The notes under the pieces: generated by a model
Seen by the model: the letters and a program-made list of their open reading frames with translations, nothing else
Database searches by the model: none
What the model was told of the DNA's origin: nothing
Made by a program: the position numbers and the translations under genes
Shown here: in pieces, positions 13,061 to 28,029 of the stretch
Layout of the letters: the number at the start of each line of letters is the position of its first letter
Numbering within the stretch: position 1 is the stretch's first letter
Origin: Proteromonas lacertae
Lineage: Eukaryota
Direction of reading: 5' to 3'
Assembly: GCA_002245135.1 (NCBI GenBank)
Contig: NGBS01000592.1
Span: 124,001 to 182,563, forward strand
DNA length: 58,563 nucleotides

Positions 13061-13629
13061 TTAATGTCTTTTAACAATAGTAACTTGAGGAATTGGACTT
13101 TTATTTTTATGCATTTTATATGAAATATCTATAGGTGGTTGATTTTGGAAAGATTTATCACAGCATTCTAACAAATACTTTCTTAATTCTGCATCTTTTG
13201 TTAAAACCTCATTTATTCGATCTACAAGTGGAATTACCGGCTCTTGCTTCTTTGGCTTTGATCTAGACTTTTCAGATACCGTAGATCTTACACTAGAGTT
13301 CATTACTCTCATTCTCACTGTTTGTTGAAATTCCTCTAACTAAAAAATATATATGCTACATTTTTATGCTTCTTTTTGTTTAGCTTCTCTTGTCAATCGA
13401 CTAGTTTCAGCCAATTTCTTTGCACTAAGAATTGGGTTTTCTGGTTGATAACTAGATGTTGCTCTTGGTATGTATGCTGGAACTGGACCACTACTCTCGG
13501 TTCTATACACTCCTTTTGAATTCTTTGGTATTGAAACTATTACAATGAATTATTAATCTATATACTGTAACTTGGTGCTAAGGTGTGTCTTTCTATACTA
13601 ATATTTGATATAAAATTATTTCCTAACAT
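13061..13629 (-). CDS. Small unknown protein, weakly resembling the CCDC15 N-terminus
   Basis: ATG 13629, one GT-AG intron and one 30-nt GC-AG intron (13340-13369) join to ORF 13061-13318; spliced motif KQKELEEFQQTVRMRV. Confidence 0.6.
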
Positions 13630-14247
13630 GTGAAAAAATGAATTTTGTATTTAAAAAAATTCAAATTTAAAAGAATTGATTGGTTAGATTCTAGAATGAA
13701 ATTACTATCAAATATCAGCTAATTATGACTTCAATTTTGATAGTATTGGGAACAACCTCTCTGTTGGACAATCCAGAATCTATATCCAGCATCACATGTT
13801 CTGCAAAATTTGTTTGCATTAGTATAATTTATTTTTATAACTCATTTCATTATCTATTTAACAAATGATAATGAGCAAACTCCAAAGAAACGTAACTATC
13901 CTGTAATAGAAGAAGTTGTCATAAGAAGGCTTCAAGAAATCACTTTTTTGTTTCAATAAATGTTATAAAATTTTATATTTCAGAGGATGATCTTTTATCG
14001 AAAATTAGTTTTATTGAAAGACAAATATCAAGATACTATTCACAGAAAGATAAATACACGTAGTAAAATAAATAATATATTTTGTCAAAATATCAAGCAT
14101 ATATTCAATTCAACAAGTCAATGAACATGAATCTAGTAAAAAATCTCAAAAGAATGTAAGTATAAAGAATTTGGAGACAGATCCAATATCTGAGTAAGTT
14201 TGTATAATGGTTCGAGTATATCACATAGTTTATCTAGAATAACATAT

Positions 14248-14286
14248 GTCGCGCGATAAAGAAATTTGCGCGATAAAGGAAGTAAT
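14248..14286. repeat. CpG-rich tandem motif, copy 1
   Basis: GTCGCGCGATAAAGAAATTTGCGCGATAAAGGAAGTAAT, nearly identical to 14700-14740. Confidence 0.85.
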
Positions 14287-14659
14287 TGTTTATATTTAGA
14301 TCTAATATAATATAATTGTTAATGTCATTACGCTATGCATGAATATATAATCATTTTGTCTTAAAATAGTCATATACAATAGTTTTGTTCAATTATTCAT
14401 AAATATTCACTTCATTTTTATTGCATATATCACTGGAAGAAATTGAAATAAATAGTTCTTTGATGATATGATTAAAAAATAAAATATTGGCTTGAAGAAG
14501 GCTTGAACGTATTTTCTTTTTTCTTTAATATTTCTTTAAAGGGTGCTATATATTCATCAATATGTTAATGAGACATATATGTTAATATATTCTAGCAATT
14601 TAAATAATAAAATAATTACAAAGATTAATAATAGATGATAAATTCAACATTTGTAATTT

Positions 14660-14818
14660 ATTAAACAAAATAATGTTATATTTATTTTTACTCGGCCTTG
14701 TCGCGCGCGATAAAGAAATTTGCGCGGTAAAGGAAGTAATAAGTTTCCATTAAAGTTAATATGTTAATACTTATTTAGAAGGCCGAGTAAATATAAATAT
14801 AACATTATTTTGTCTAAT
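14660..14818. mobile_element. MITE-like element: about 40-bp inverted arms around copy 2 of the CpG-rich motif
   Basis: 14665-14699 ACAAAATAATGTTATATTTATTTTTACTCGGCCTT is the reverse complement of 14779-14813 with 1 mismatch, extendable to about 40 bp with 2 mismatches. No clear target-site duplication. Confidence 0.45.
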
Positions 14819-15104
14819 TTTGTTGATAACAACTAATTCATAAAAACCTGTAATGAATACTTTCCGACTTAATATTTCTTTCATTAAACACTATCTTAGC
14901 CTTAATAAGCATATATAAAATAATATTTATCCTATTTTAACTTTATAATGATGTGTTTAGTATTTTATCAGTAATAACGAGTTAATTTTACTAAGATTAG
15001 GTATTATTTTTATTATAGAAGAATAAATATATTCAATTAGACAACCTCACACAACACATTAATAAAACAATATCACAATTATAAGTGTTTGAAAATATAA
15101 ATCT

Positions 15105-17771
<2,667 letters not shown>

Positions 17772-17863
17772 TGATTATAAATACTCTGTTAACCAAAAAA
17801 CAACAAAATTAAAATCCAATTACAATACACTCCAATACAGTTGTATTTAATTGTCTTGCTCAA

Positions 17864-19283
17864 ATGTTGAAATTAAACCATATATACAAATCAATTTCTC
17901 ATGCAACTACATATGAAGCATTATCAAAGACATTTAGTACAAAATCCAAAAATGTTAACGAAATTTTTGAAAAACTCGAATTAAAGAAAGTACCAATATA
18001 CAATTATGAGAAGGAATGTGGTGATGTTGAGGTAGGGATTGAATGTAGAAGATTGAAATTAGCAAAAAATGGATGTATATATAACTCTTTTGTATTTATG
18101 TTTTATTATTAAATAGGCAATATAGCTAATGTTCCGTATAAGAATATAAACAGTAAAGAATTTTATGAATCCGTGAATGGTCATAATTGTGAGAATATAA
18201 TTGGCTATTCTGTCGTTCCAATCGGAGTAATAGGACCATTATTAATCAATAATGAATATTATCATATTCCAATCTCCACAACAGAGGGTGCTTTAATAGC
18301 TAGTGCAAATCGTGGAGCTTCTATAATCAATAAATGCGGAGGAGTAAAAAGTATAATCACAAGAGAAGGAATGACCAGAGCTCCAGTTATACAGTGTAAA
18401 TCATTGAATCAATTGTTAGAAATACAGAAATATTGTTTATCGAAAGAAGGATTAGAAGAATTAAAAATAGAATTTAGTAAATGTACAAGTCATGGTTATC
18501 TAAAATCAATTGAAACAATATCTGAAGATAGAAATATTCATATTCGAATGAGATGTTTTACAGGTGATGCGATGGGAATGAATATGGTAACAAAAGGATC
18601 GAAATTTGTAACAGATAAAATAATCAATAAATTTAAAGGATGTAAATTGATTAGTTTAAGTGGTAATATGTATATAATAATAATAATATTATTATTATTA
18701 TAGTTGTACAGATAAAAAATCATCAGCTGCGAATTGGTTATTGGGAAGAGGATATAGTGTTATCAGTGAAGTAACAGCGAATAGTGAAATATTATGTAAA
18801 TTATTACATATAAAAAGTATAAAAGACTTAATAAATATAAATACAATAAAGAATCTAAAAGGCTCTAGTTTAAGTGGAACAATAGGTGGAAATAATGCTC
18901 AAGCAGCGAATTATGTAGCTGGAATATTTTTATCGACAGGTCAGGATTTAGGTCAAGTAATAGAAAGTAGTAATTGTATAACATCGATAAGTGAAGAAGA
19001 AGAAGATATAAATGGAAATAAAGAATGTCGAATCTCTTGTTCAATGCCCAGTATCGAAGTAGGAACAGTAGGAGGAGGTAGTAGATTATTGTCTCAACGT
19101 GGTTGTTTAGAAATGTTAAATATATGTGGAAGTAGTAAGATCTCAGGTGAAAATCCACGAAGATTAGCTAAGATAGTATGTAGTAGTGTATTATGTGGTG
19201 AAATCTCTTTACTTGGTTCACTTTGTGCAAATGATTTAGTTGAAGCACATATGATTCATGGTAGAAATGAAAAGAAGAAGTAA
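17864..19283 (+). CDS. HMGCR: Class I HMG-CoA reductase, catalytic domain only
   Basis: CENIIGY, TTEGAL.AS.NRG, TGDAMGMNMV, SGN-CTDKK, TGQD, EVGTVGGG, C-terminal HMIHGR; two introns. Confidence 0.96.
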
Positions 19284-19562
19284 TAAATAAATATAATGTT
19301 TTGTTGTTGGTTTTGCTTTATTCTAATAGAGATGATCTTTTTTCTTCTATTATACTTTCTGAAGTAAAAAAGAGTAGTAATACATTTGTTAAAAGATGTT
19401 TTAAGAACTATTTTTAAATAAACACTATTAAATTTATTTTTTGCGTGTTTACTATTGTATATAACACATTTATTTAATAAAATGATTATCATATATGAAT
19501 ATTTTTCAAAATCAAAATTATTTTTAAAAATTATCCGTTTCAAATTAATCGTTTTTTTTTCA

Positions 19563-20607
19563 ATGAATATTAATCAAACAAGTCCTATTCATTATAATAA
19601 TTATGACACATTGTCTTCAACTGGTAAGACTACACTGATGTGCGACTTTGGCACTTCAGATAAACAGTTTAACAAAAAAGATCGACATGTAGTAATTCAC
19701 CAAGTACCTCCAACCCGAACATCAATGCCAAGAATCAATACCCCAAACAAAACTCAACGAAAATCTATAGCTCATCGAAGTAGGCCTCATACTACAATTG
19801 GTCCAGTAATATTTGATCCTTCATCAACATTTTTTAAGTATAAATGAATTGTAATAATTTAATAGAGCTTCACTTCCTTGTGGTGAACATACAACATTAG
19901 GTATGGCTTATATGGCTGGTCAAGATCCAACATTCTATGAAGAAGATCCTCGTAACTTAACCACCACTAGACCAATAACAACGATGGGAGTTCGAGATAA
20001 ATATGAAGAATTTGCTCGATATTCCAAATTTGAACCAATCGATGATAATACTCGCCGACGTAGAATTGATTGGAATGAAATTCAACAGAATCATGATACA
20101 GAAATATACAGACAATCGTTATCTGACACAATAGCGTTAGATTATTATGATCCTTCCATATCTAATCCATATAACATTGCATTAGAAAGAAATGAAGAAA
20201 TGCAACATAAAAAGATAGGTATTGAAATAAAAAAGAAACACGATGATAAATCTCAAAATCACAAAACAAATTTAGTTCCAGTTTCACAATGGATTGCTGC
20301 ACATACACGAAACCAAATAAAAGACACAATTGAAAAGAGAAAAGAGCAAACAAGAATAGAACAAGAGAGATTAAAACGATTGGAGGATAGACAGATGGAA
20401 TTAATATCTCAACATCAAGCTGCTATGCAGAAGAAAAAAGAAGATGAAGAAGCTGAAGCTAAAAGGAAAGAAGATGAGAAGAATGCAAAGAAAGAAGCGA
20501 AATTACAAAAGAAACTGGAAAAATTAACGCCATGGCAAAGAGAAGATTATTTGAAGAAATTAAGAGCAAGAGAAGCAAAGAGAGCTGCTGCCAAAGCATT
20601 AGGTTAG
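19563..20607 (+). CDS. Unknown protein with C-terminal K/E/R-rich coiled coil
   Basis: Two ORFs joined by a short intron at about 19838-19865; no recognisable domain. Confidence 0.65.
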
Positions 20608-20958
20608 GAAAATATAATATAATTTAGATATTATTGATGTTTTTTGATTATTACCATTTCCCCCCAAATAACATCAAATATATTTGCATATTATTAAAAA
20701 AAACTTTCTTTTCACAACAAAAGCAACAATCTCTATATAATGTTAGATTTAGTAGTTATATAGAATATATAATAGTATATTGTATATAGATAAAATAATA
20801 AATCTTTAATATAGATAATATAGCAGTGTTAGCATCTCATTTTGTCTTTAAATATGACAAAAAGATCTCAAATCTGCATATTTCAATGAATATAAAATAT
20901 AAATATATAGAATACTTTTAAAATAAAAACAAAAAAAGATAGATTGTAAAAACAAAAA

Positions 20959-22821
20959 CTAAACCAACATTTTGATCATCTTCAATTTACTATCAGTGAA
21001 TGGAGGTTCAGTTAATTTATGATCAGAAAGTAAACCAAAATCCCAAAGCTTTCTCTTTATAAAAACTGGCTTATTGTGAGAAAAAGTATCAAATGTATAT
21101 TTCCCTAAATATCTTCCCATTCCACTATTTCCAACACCACCAAATGGTAAATTAGGATGAGATAAATGGAATCTAAATATATAATATAAAGAAGATTAGA
21201 ATCAATTATAATCATACAAACAATGATTAACTCCAACGCCTCCACTACTAGTAGAATGTATAATATGATTAATCACATTCTCATTCTCAGCGAATATATA
21301 TAAAGCTAATGGTCTTGAATGTTTTTGTACATAATCAATTCCTTCATCCATACTATTCACAGGTATTACACATAATATAGGTCCAAATAATTCATCCTTC
21401 ATTAAAGGAGACTCAAACCTGGTTTGAATAATTGTTGGTGGAATATATCTTTCCTATTTTAATAAAGAAATAATATTAATTTTTACTTCTTCTTTACATC
21501 CTTCTAATCCTCCAATGATTAGTTTAGTATATTCTTTCTCTTTTTCTTCTTTTAATAAATTCATTAATCTTTGAGTATGATATGTATTGATTATTCTATC
21601 CATTTGATCAGTAGGATTAGTTGGATAACTATAAATATATATATAAATATATATAAATATTTATATAATTATACAATTTTTCAATATAATATTTCATTCT
21701 TTCTATTAATTTATCAATTATTATTTTATCACACATCACATAGTCAGGACATACACATACTTGGCCACTATTAAACATCCTTGTTGATACTATTCTTTTA
21801 GCAGTTTTATCAATATCACAACTTTTATCCACAAATACTGGATTTTTTCCACCTAATTCTAATACCATTGGAGTTAAATGATTGGCTGCCGCTTTTAATA
21901 AATTTGATCCCCATCTACTACCACCTGTGTAAAATGCAAAATCAAATTTTAGATTCATTAATGCTGTAATACATTCACCATCATTTGGTATTGTTGGACC
22001 AATAAATTGAATTATTCTAACCACAAAGATATTATTGAATAAATATATATAAATATATATATATACGTTTCATCAAGATATTTTTTTGATAATTCACATA
22101 ATAATGAAGCAGTTTCTTTAGTTTCATTACTAAACTTCACAATTGCAGTATTTCCACTGGAAATTGCACCAATTAATGGACCTAAAGATAATAACAGTGG
22201 GAAATTCCAAGTTCCAATAATTAATACTAAACCATAAGGTTCGGGTATTAGATATCCGGTTGAAGGGTATGTTGCCATTGAATCTGATACATAGTGAGGT
22301 TGAGCCCATTTGTAAAGGTCTCTAATATGCATTTTTATATCTCTCTATTCATTATTAATATTTATAATCAATACATATAGAATGGAGAGTTCTGTGATAT
22401 AATGAAAGTTTTTAACAGCTCCTATATCTTTTTCCATTGCGTTTAGTATTGAATTTTCATTTTCTTCTAACATCTTTTCAAGACATTTCAAATGATAAAT
22501 TCTTCTTTTTAAGGATCTTGTTCTAATATATTAGATTAAAATAATTCACTTCAAGTTATACCTTCCCGTCAAAAATGACTGTCTCATTTCATTTACCAGT
22601 TGAGGAATATCATCTACTGTAATATCTTTATGTTTATTCAAAATCTTCCATTCAGCTTCACATCTTGAGTCGACTGGATATTTTTCATATCTAAAAATTA
22701 TAAAATGAAAAAGAATATACATATCTGAATAAGTAGTGAGTAATCTTATTAAAATATATATAATAATTATAGCAACAGCAGCTATGCCAATAATTTCGAA
22801 GATTCTTTCGTAAATCTCCAT
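20959..22821 (-). CDS. ALDH3: Aldehyde dehydrogenase family 3 with N-terminal hydrophobic anchor
   Basis: EPYGLVLIIGTWNFP, FYTGG, LELGGKNP, NSGQVCVCPDY, DELFGPIL, PLALYIF, LPFGGVGNSGMGRY.G.Y.FDTFSH. Confidence 0.95.
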
Positions 22822-22957
22822 CTATCTTCGAAAATAAGAATAAAAGAACTTTGAAACGGATTTATTTGAAATGAATATATTTTCAAAAACCATTCTGTGT
22901 GTAAACTCGCATATAAAACTGCAATTAAATATCAACACTTAAATAACGAGTAAAAAA

Positions 22958-25126
22958 ATGAATGCAGATCAGTTAGAAAGAACTTTCTACAATAATAATA
23001 TCAATAACAATTACCTACTTAATTCTTCAACTGTGTCTATTCAAAATAATCAGAACAAGCTTAATATTCAAAATACAATTAATTCTTCACATACTTTATA
23101 TAATCAGCAACAAACAGCCTTATCTCAACAACAGCAACATCAATCACTTTATAACGATCAGCAACAACCTCCACCATATCAACAATCATTACAACAACGA
23201 TACCATCTACAGCCATTGCATGAACAGCAAATTCACCATTTTCAACCGCAGCAATCACTTTACAAAAGTCAAGAACAACACCCATTATATCAACCACCAC
23301 CTCAACATCAGCCAGTATATAATAGTCAAGATGAACAACAATCACAGCAATCTCAACCTCAACAACCTGTATACAATAGTCAACAACAACCATCATTATA
23401 TCAACAACAACAACTATATCAACAATCATTATATGGACAACAAAATCAGCAAATATCTCAAGCACAACAACCAATATACAATAATTTTCAACAAAATCAA
23501 CAAATACAACAATTATGTCAACTTGAACAATCAATTTATGATAGTGAAACACAAGCACAAGAAAATGAAGAAATGAAAACACCATTTGACGATTATAAAG
23601 AGTATATGAAAGTATTAAATGAAAAAATGAAATATAAAAATCATAAACACAAATCGAAGAAAAGAGTGATAATGATGGATAATAAAAAGTATTGTGTAAT
23701 ATGTGGAAGAAAAAATCCGAATAATGCTATATATTTACCTGAATGTAAAGACTGTTATTGTCGAAAGTGTTTATCGAATTATATAGAAAGAAAAGGATTA
23801 GGAAATGGTAATTTCAACTGTGTATATTGTAAAAAAGAATTTGTATTAGATAAATGGAGTGTGTCAGAAGGAATAATATATGAAGATGAATTAGATATAA
23901 TCGAAGAGAATCGAGAAAATGCCTTAAAAGATAGTTTAATATACTGTTTAAATCCTAATTGTCCAAATCTAGGAGAACCATTTATGTTTGAAGCAGGTGA
24001 AATCAATAATAAAGTAACAGGTGAAAAAGATAATGAAGGAAAAGAAATGAGTTTAGAAATGATCCAACATCGAGATAAATATCGAATAAAATGTGTGCAT
24101 TGTGGTAAAGACTGGTGTCGTAACTGTAAAAAGATGCCTTATCATTTAGGTAAAAGTTGTGAAGAATATGAAGAATATTTAAAAATGAAGAAATGTCGAT
24201 ATTGTAATGAAAGATTAAAAGAAAGTGATGATATAGAGTTGGAAGTATGTGAGAATGAAGAATGTAAAAATAAACAGAAGATAAGTTGTAATAAACGATT
24301 AGAATGTGGTCATTTCTGTTGTGGTATAAAAGATGAAGAAAAATGTTTAATGTGTTTAAATAGTGAATGTAATGGAAATAAAATAGAAGGAGAAGATTAT
24401 TGTACAATTTGTTACAGTGAAGGATTAAATCAAAGTCCTTGTATTGAATTAAAATGTGGTCATATATTCCATTATAATTGTGTAATCGAAAAGATAAAGA
24501 ATAAATGGAGTGGTATTCGAATATCATTTGGTTATTTAGAATGTCCTCAATGTCGAGAATTAATGGAACATCCTTCAATCAATGAGATAATCCATCCTGA
24601 ATTGAAACTATTAGATACAGTGAAAAGAGCTTGTTTGAGTTATTTAAAAGTAGAAAATATGATGAATAATAAAGAATTGACAAATCCTTCAAGTGAATTT
24701 TATAATAAACCTGAAGAATATGGTTTAAAGAAATTTGCGTTTTATTTATGTGACGAATGTCATAAACCATATTATGCTGGTTTGGCTGAATGTGGAGAAC
24801 CTCCAGCTGATGAAATACCAAAGAAACTATGTAGTGATTGTCAATTTCGTGGTTCAAATATCCAAGAATGTCCAAAACATGGAAAAGAGTATATTCAATT
24901 CAAATGTCGTTATTGTTGTAATGTAAGTAGATGGTTTTGTTTTAATACAACTCATTTTTGTAATCCATGTCATAACATATGGAGAGAATTAAGAGATAAA
25001 CCAAAAGACCAATTACCTAAATGTCCAGGAAAGGCTGAATGTCCATTAGGTGTTGATCATCCTCCAAATGGTGAAGAATATTGTTTAGGTTGTGGTTTGT
25101 GTAGATTTGAAAATGCTGCTTTATAA
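22958..25126 (+). CDS. E3 ubiquitin ligase copy 1: Q-rich N-terminus, RING, IBR-like, then MYCBP2-type RING + tandem-cysteine (RCR) module
   Basis: Intronless 722-aa ORF; CTICYSEGL..SPCIELKCGHIFH...KWSGIRISFGYLECPQC and FYLC..CHKPYYAGLAEC...CPKHG...FKCRYCC...WFCF.TTHFC..CH...CPLGVDHPPNGEEYCLGCGLCR follow the MYCBP2/Highwire C-terminus. Confidence 0.9.
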   Translation: MNADQLERTFYNNNINNNYLLNSSTVSIQNNQNKLNIQNTINSSHTLYNQQQTALSQQQQHQSLYNDQQQPPPYQQSLQQRYHLQPLHEQQIHHFQPQQSLYKSQEQHPLYQPPPQHQPVYNSQDEQQSQQSQPQQPVYNSQQQPSLYQQQQLYQQSLYGQQNQQISQAQQPIYNNFQQNQQIQQLCQLEQSIYDSETQAQENEEMKTPFDDYKEYMKVLNEKMKYKNHKHKSKKRVIMMDNKKYCVICGRKNPNNAIYLPECKDCYCRKCLSNYIERKGLGNGNFNCVYCKKEFVLDKWSVSEGIIYEDELDIIEENRENALKDSLIYCLNPNCPNLGEPFMFEAGEINNKVTGEKDNEGKEMSLEMIQHRDKYRIKCVHCGKDWCRNCKKMPYHLGKSCEEYEEYLKMKKCRYCNERLKESDDIELEVCENEECKNKQKISCNKRLECGHFCCGIKDEEKCLMCLNSECNGNKIEGEDYCTICYSEGLNQSPCIELKCGHIFHYNCVIEKIKNKWSGIRISFGYLECPQCRELMEHPSINEIIHPELKLLDTVKRACLSYLKVENMMNNKELTNPSSEFYNKPEEYGLKKFAFYLCDECHKPYYAGLAECGEPPADEIPKKLCSDCQFRGSNIQECPKHGKEYIQFKCRYCCNVSRWFCFNTTHFCNPCHNIWRELRDKPKDQLPKCPGKAECPLGVDHPPNGEEYCLGCGLCRFENAAL

Positions 25127-25211
25127 CAAACATAACTATTTAGCTATATAACATATTTTTTTACCATTAACTAATTGTATTCATTTTTACTCATTCTGTT
25201 AATTGAGCTTT

Positions 25212-28029
25212 ATAATCTAACTATATCTTTGATATTTGTTTATTCTTTCTTACTACTCGTTTATTTCTCAATATTCCACAGTTCATACCTTTATACTCAT
25301 TTCCACTTTTGTCTATATTCATTCATATACAAAATATTCATTTATCATGCATTTATATATTTTCACTTCATATTCAGCGATTAAATCAACATTCTTTTAA
25401 TCTATTTTGATCAAATCAAAGTCATTTTAGATTTTAATTTTTATTCTTTTTATCTTCATTTGATATTAGAAAAATATAAAGATTTAGTATATGAATTTAA
25501 TTTAACTGAAATATAGAGATATCTGAAATAATATAAAGAAAAGAGAGTATTTGTGTTTTGATTTAGTTAATTTAGAGTATATAACTATCAAATATAGTTT
25601 AGATAAACAGCAGAAGTGAGATTTGAGTGAAATATAAGCATATAGAATGAAAGAAAAGAAATACAGTATAATACACTTGAATACAGAATAATACAATCTA
25701 AAAATAAAAAATAAAAATGAGTGAAATGAAAGAGATATTGATGAAGAAAGTACCGAATGTTGAAGTATATGATATATGAAATATATATTTGTATAGGAAG
25801 TGATAGATATGAAAGTGAGTGATTTTAAGAGTGTTTATGAAATGAAAGTATTAAATGAAAAGAAGATAATAAAAATGTATGAAATGGAAAGATTATCAAT
25901 GAAGAAAGTGTTAAAATGTGAAGAAGATATGTTATTATTGAAATTATTAAGTGATAAATATATAGAAAGTAAAATGATGATATTAAATGAAAGAAATAAT
26001 ATATTGATGATAGATCGTATTAGATATGAGAATGATTTAAGATATTTAATGTATAATCATATGATAATAATGTGATTGAAATGAAAGTAGATAAAATGAT
26101 GTTATCAATATGTGATATAATATCAATAATGTTAGAAAATGGTTTATATGAGTGTAATTTGAAAAGTTCCAATATAATAATCGAAAATGATGTAATAAAG
26201 ATATGTGATAGTTTTTTGAATGAATTAAGATATGATGATGAAAATGGAATGTATGTGAATGAGATAAACTATATGAGTGCTGAAGAGTTGAGTGGATATG
26301 AAATGAATGAAAGAAGTGTGATTTGGTCAATTGGTTGTATATTATATGAAATGATTTTAAAGAAATTACCATTTGATGAAGATGAAAATGTGATGAAGAC
26401 AATGGATAATATTTTGAGATGTAAATGGAAAAGAGATGAATCCATAAATCCATTTTATAATAATCTATTCTGTCAAATGTTTATAATTGATGGAAAGAAT
26501 CGATTGAGTTTAAAAGAGTTTAAGAAAGAGATGAATCGAATGAATGAGATATTTAAAGATGAATATGAAAACATGAATATGAATGTTGAAAGAAAAGAAT
26601 TGTTATTCAATATAGATTATAAGACTGTTAAACTTCTAATAATATATCCATCCGAATATTATATGAAAAGTGATAAATGGAAAGAAATTGTAGATTTATT
26701 GATAGAATCATACAATAATAAACCTACAGAAAGAATCTTATCAATCTTATTGATGATGAAATTGAACAAGAATGATAATTCGATAAAAGATAAACTGAAA
26801 TTTCAAATCCATCATCAATGTAAAGAAAGTGAAGAATGTTATTTAGATAAAATGGTATGTAATATAGGCAAATATGATAGGGATGATAAAGAAATTATTA
26901 ATGCTAGATATTGTTTGTGTTTTTGTGAAGATGGATTGAAATATTTATTCAGAATATTGAAACTAATCAATCTACAGAAGCTCTCATTTTGTATAATTTT
27001 AATCATTTTTATATTCCTAGATATGTATAGAGATAGTGTTTGTATTCCAATTGAATATCAATCTTTATTTGGTTCATTGTTTTGTCAATTATCTAATCTT
27101 CAAGAATTATATTTATTGGGATGTAATCTTACATCAGATTTCATCAAATCATTTGTTAAATCAATTCCATTCATGAAATTGAAATATGTAACTCTATCAT
27201 GTATTTATTATTCTATTTTATTCATTTATATCAAAATAGTTAATCCAATTGGTGCAAATGGCTTCAAATTATTACTTCCATATATACATTTATTAATCAA
27301 CAAGTATAATGAATTGAATCTTTATGGAATGAATTTGGATGATGAATCAATGATATTATTATCAGAAGAATTATATAAATATCCAAATTTAAAGAGTATA
27401 GACATAAGAAAAAATAATAATATTCATTGTGTTGGATTTAAAACCTTATTTTCCAAATTTCCTCACTTAACAATCAAATTTGATTTTGATAGATGTAAAG
27501 AATTATTGATTGACAAAGACATTCCAGAAATAATCAAATGCATCAAATACACAATATTAATTAATAATGCATTATTTATGGATAATTATGAAATTGATGA
27601 TTGTTTTTTCAAATCATTCATTACTTTAAGATTAAATGAATTTAAAAAAATATGGAGATTAAATTTAAGTAGTATAATTTGATAATTAATATTAATTAGA
27701 AAATAAACTAACAACTAAAAGTATAGAATTACTGATTAATAATTTATCTTCATTGCCAAATCTTAAAGAACTTAAATTATATGGAAATGAAATAGGAGAT
27801 GAAGGAATGAAAATAATATCTCCACATCTACAGCTATTAAAAGAAGGATATTTCTGTGAAATTAATTGTTCAAGTATAAACAATGTAATATAATATATAA
27901 TAGAAATGGGATTAACTTCAATTGGAGTGAAATATTTAGTTGATGGTTTAAAGAATATTCAAGGAACGATATGGGTTAATGTAAGAGATAATAATATTGA
28001 TTCAGATGGAATAGAATATTTGAAGAAGT
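25212..28029. repeat. Inverted segmental duplication (partner about 36143-38960)
   Basis: Near-identical reverse complement covering about 500 bp of upstream DNA plus the pseudokinase-LRR gene and its introns. Confidence 0.95.

Noticed and set aside
14690..14700. CTCGGCCTT resembles the U2 snRNA 5' end
   Set aside because: No GTGTAGTA branch-pairing sequence or Sm site follows; it is part of an inverted-repeat arm.
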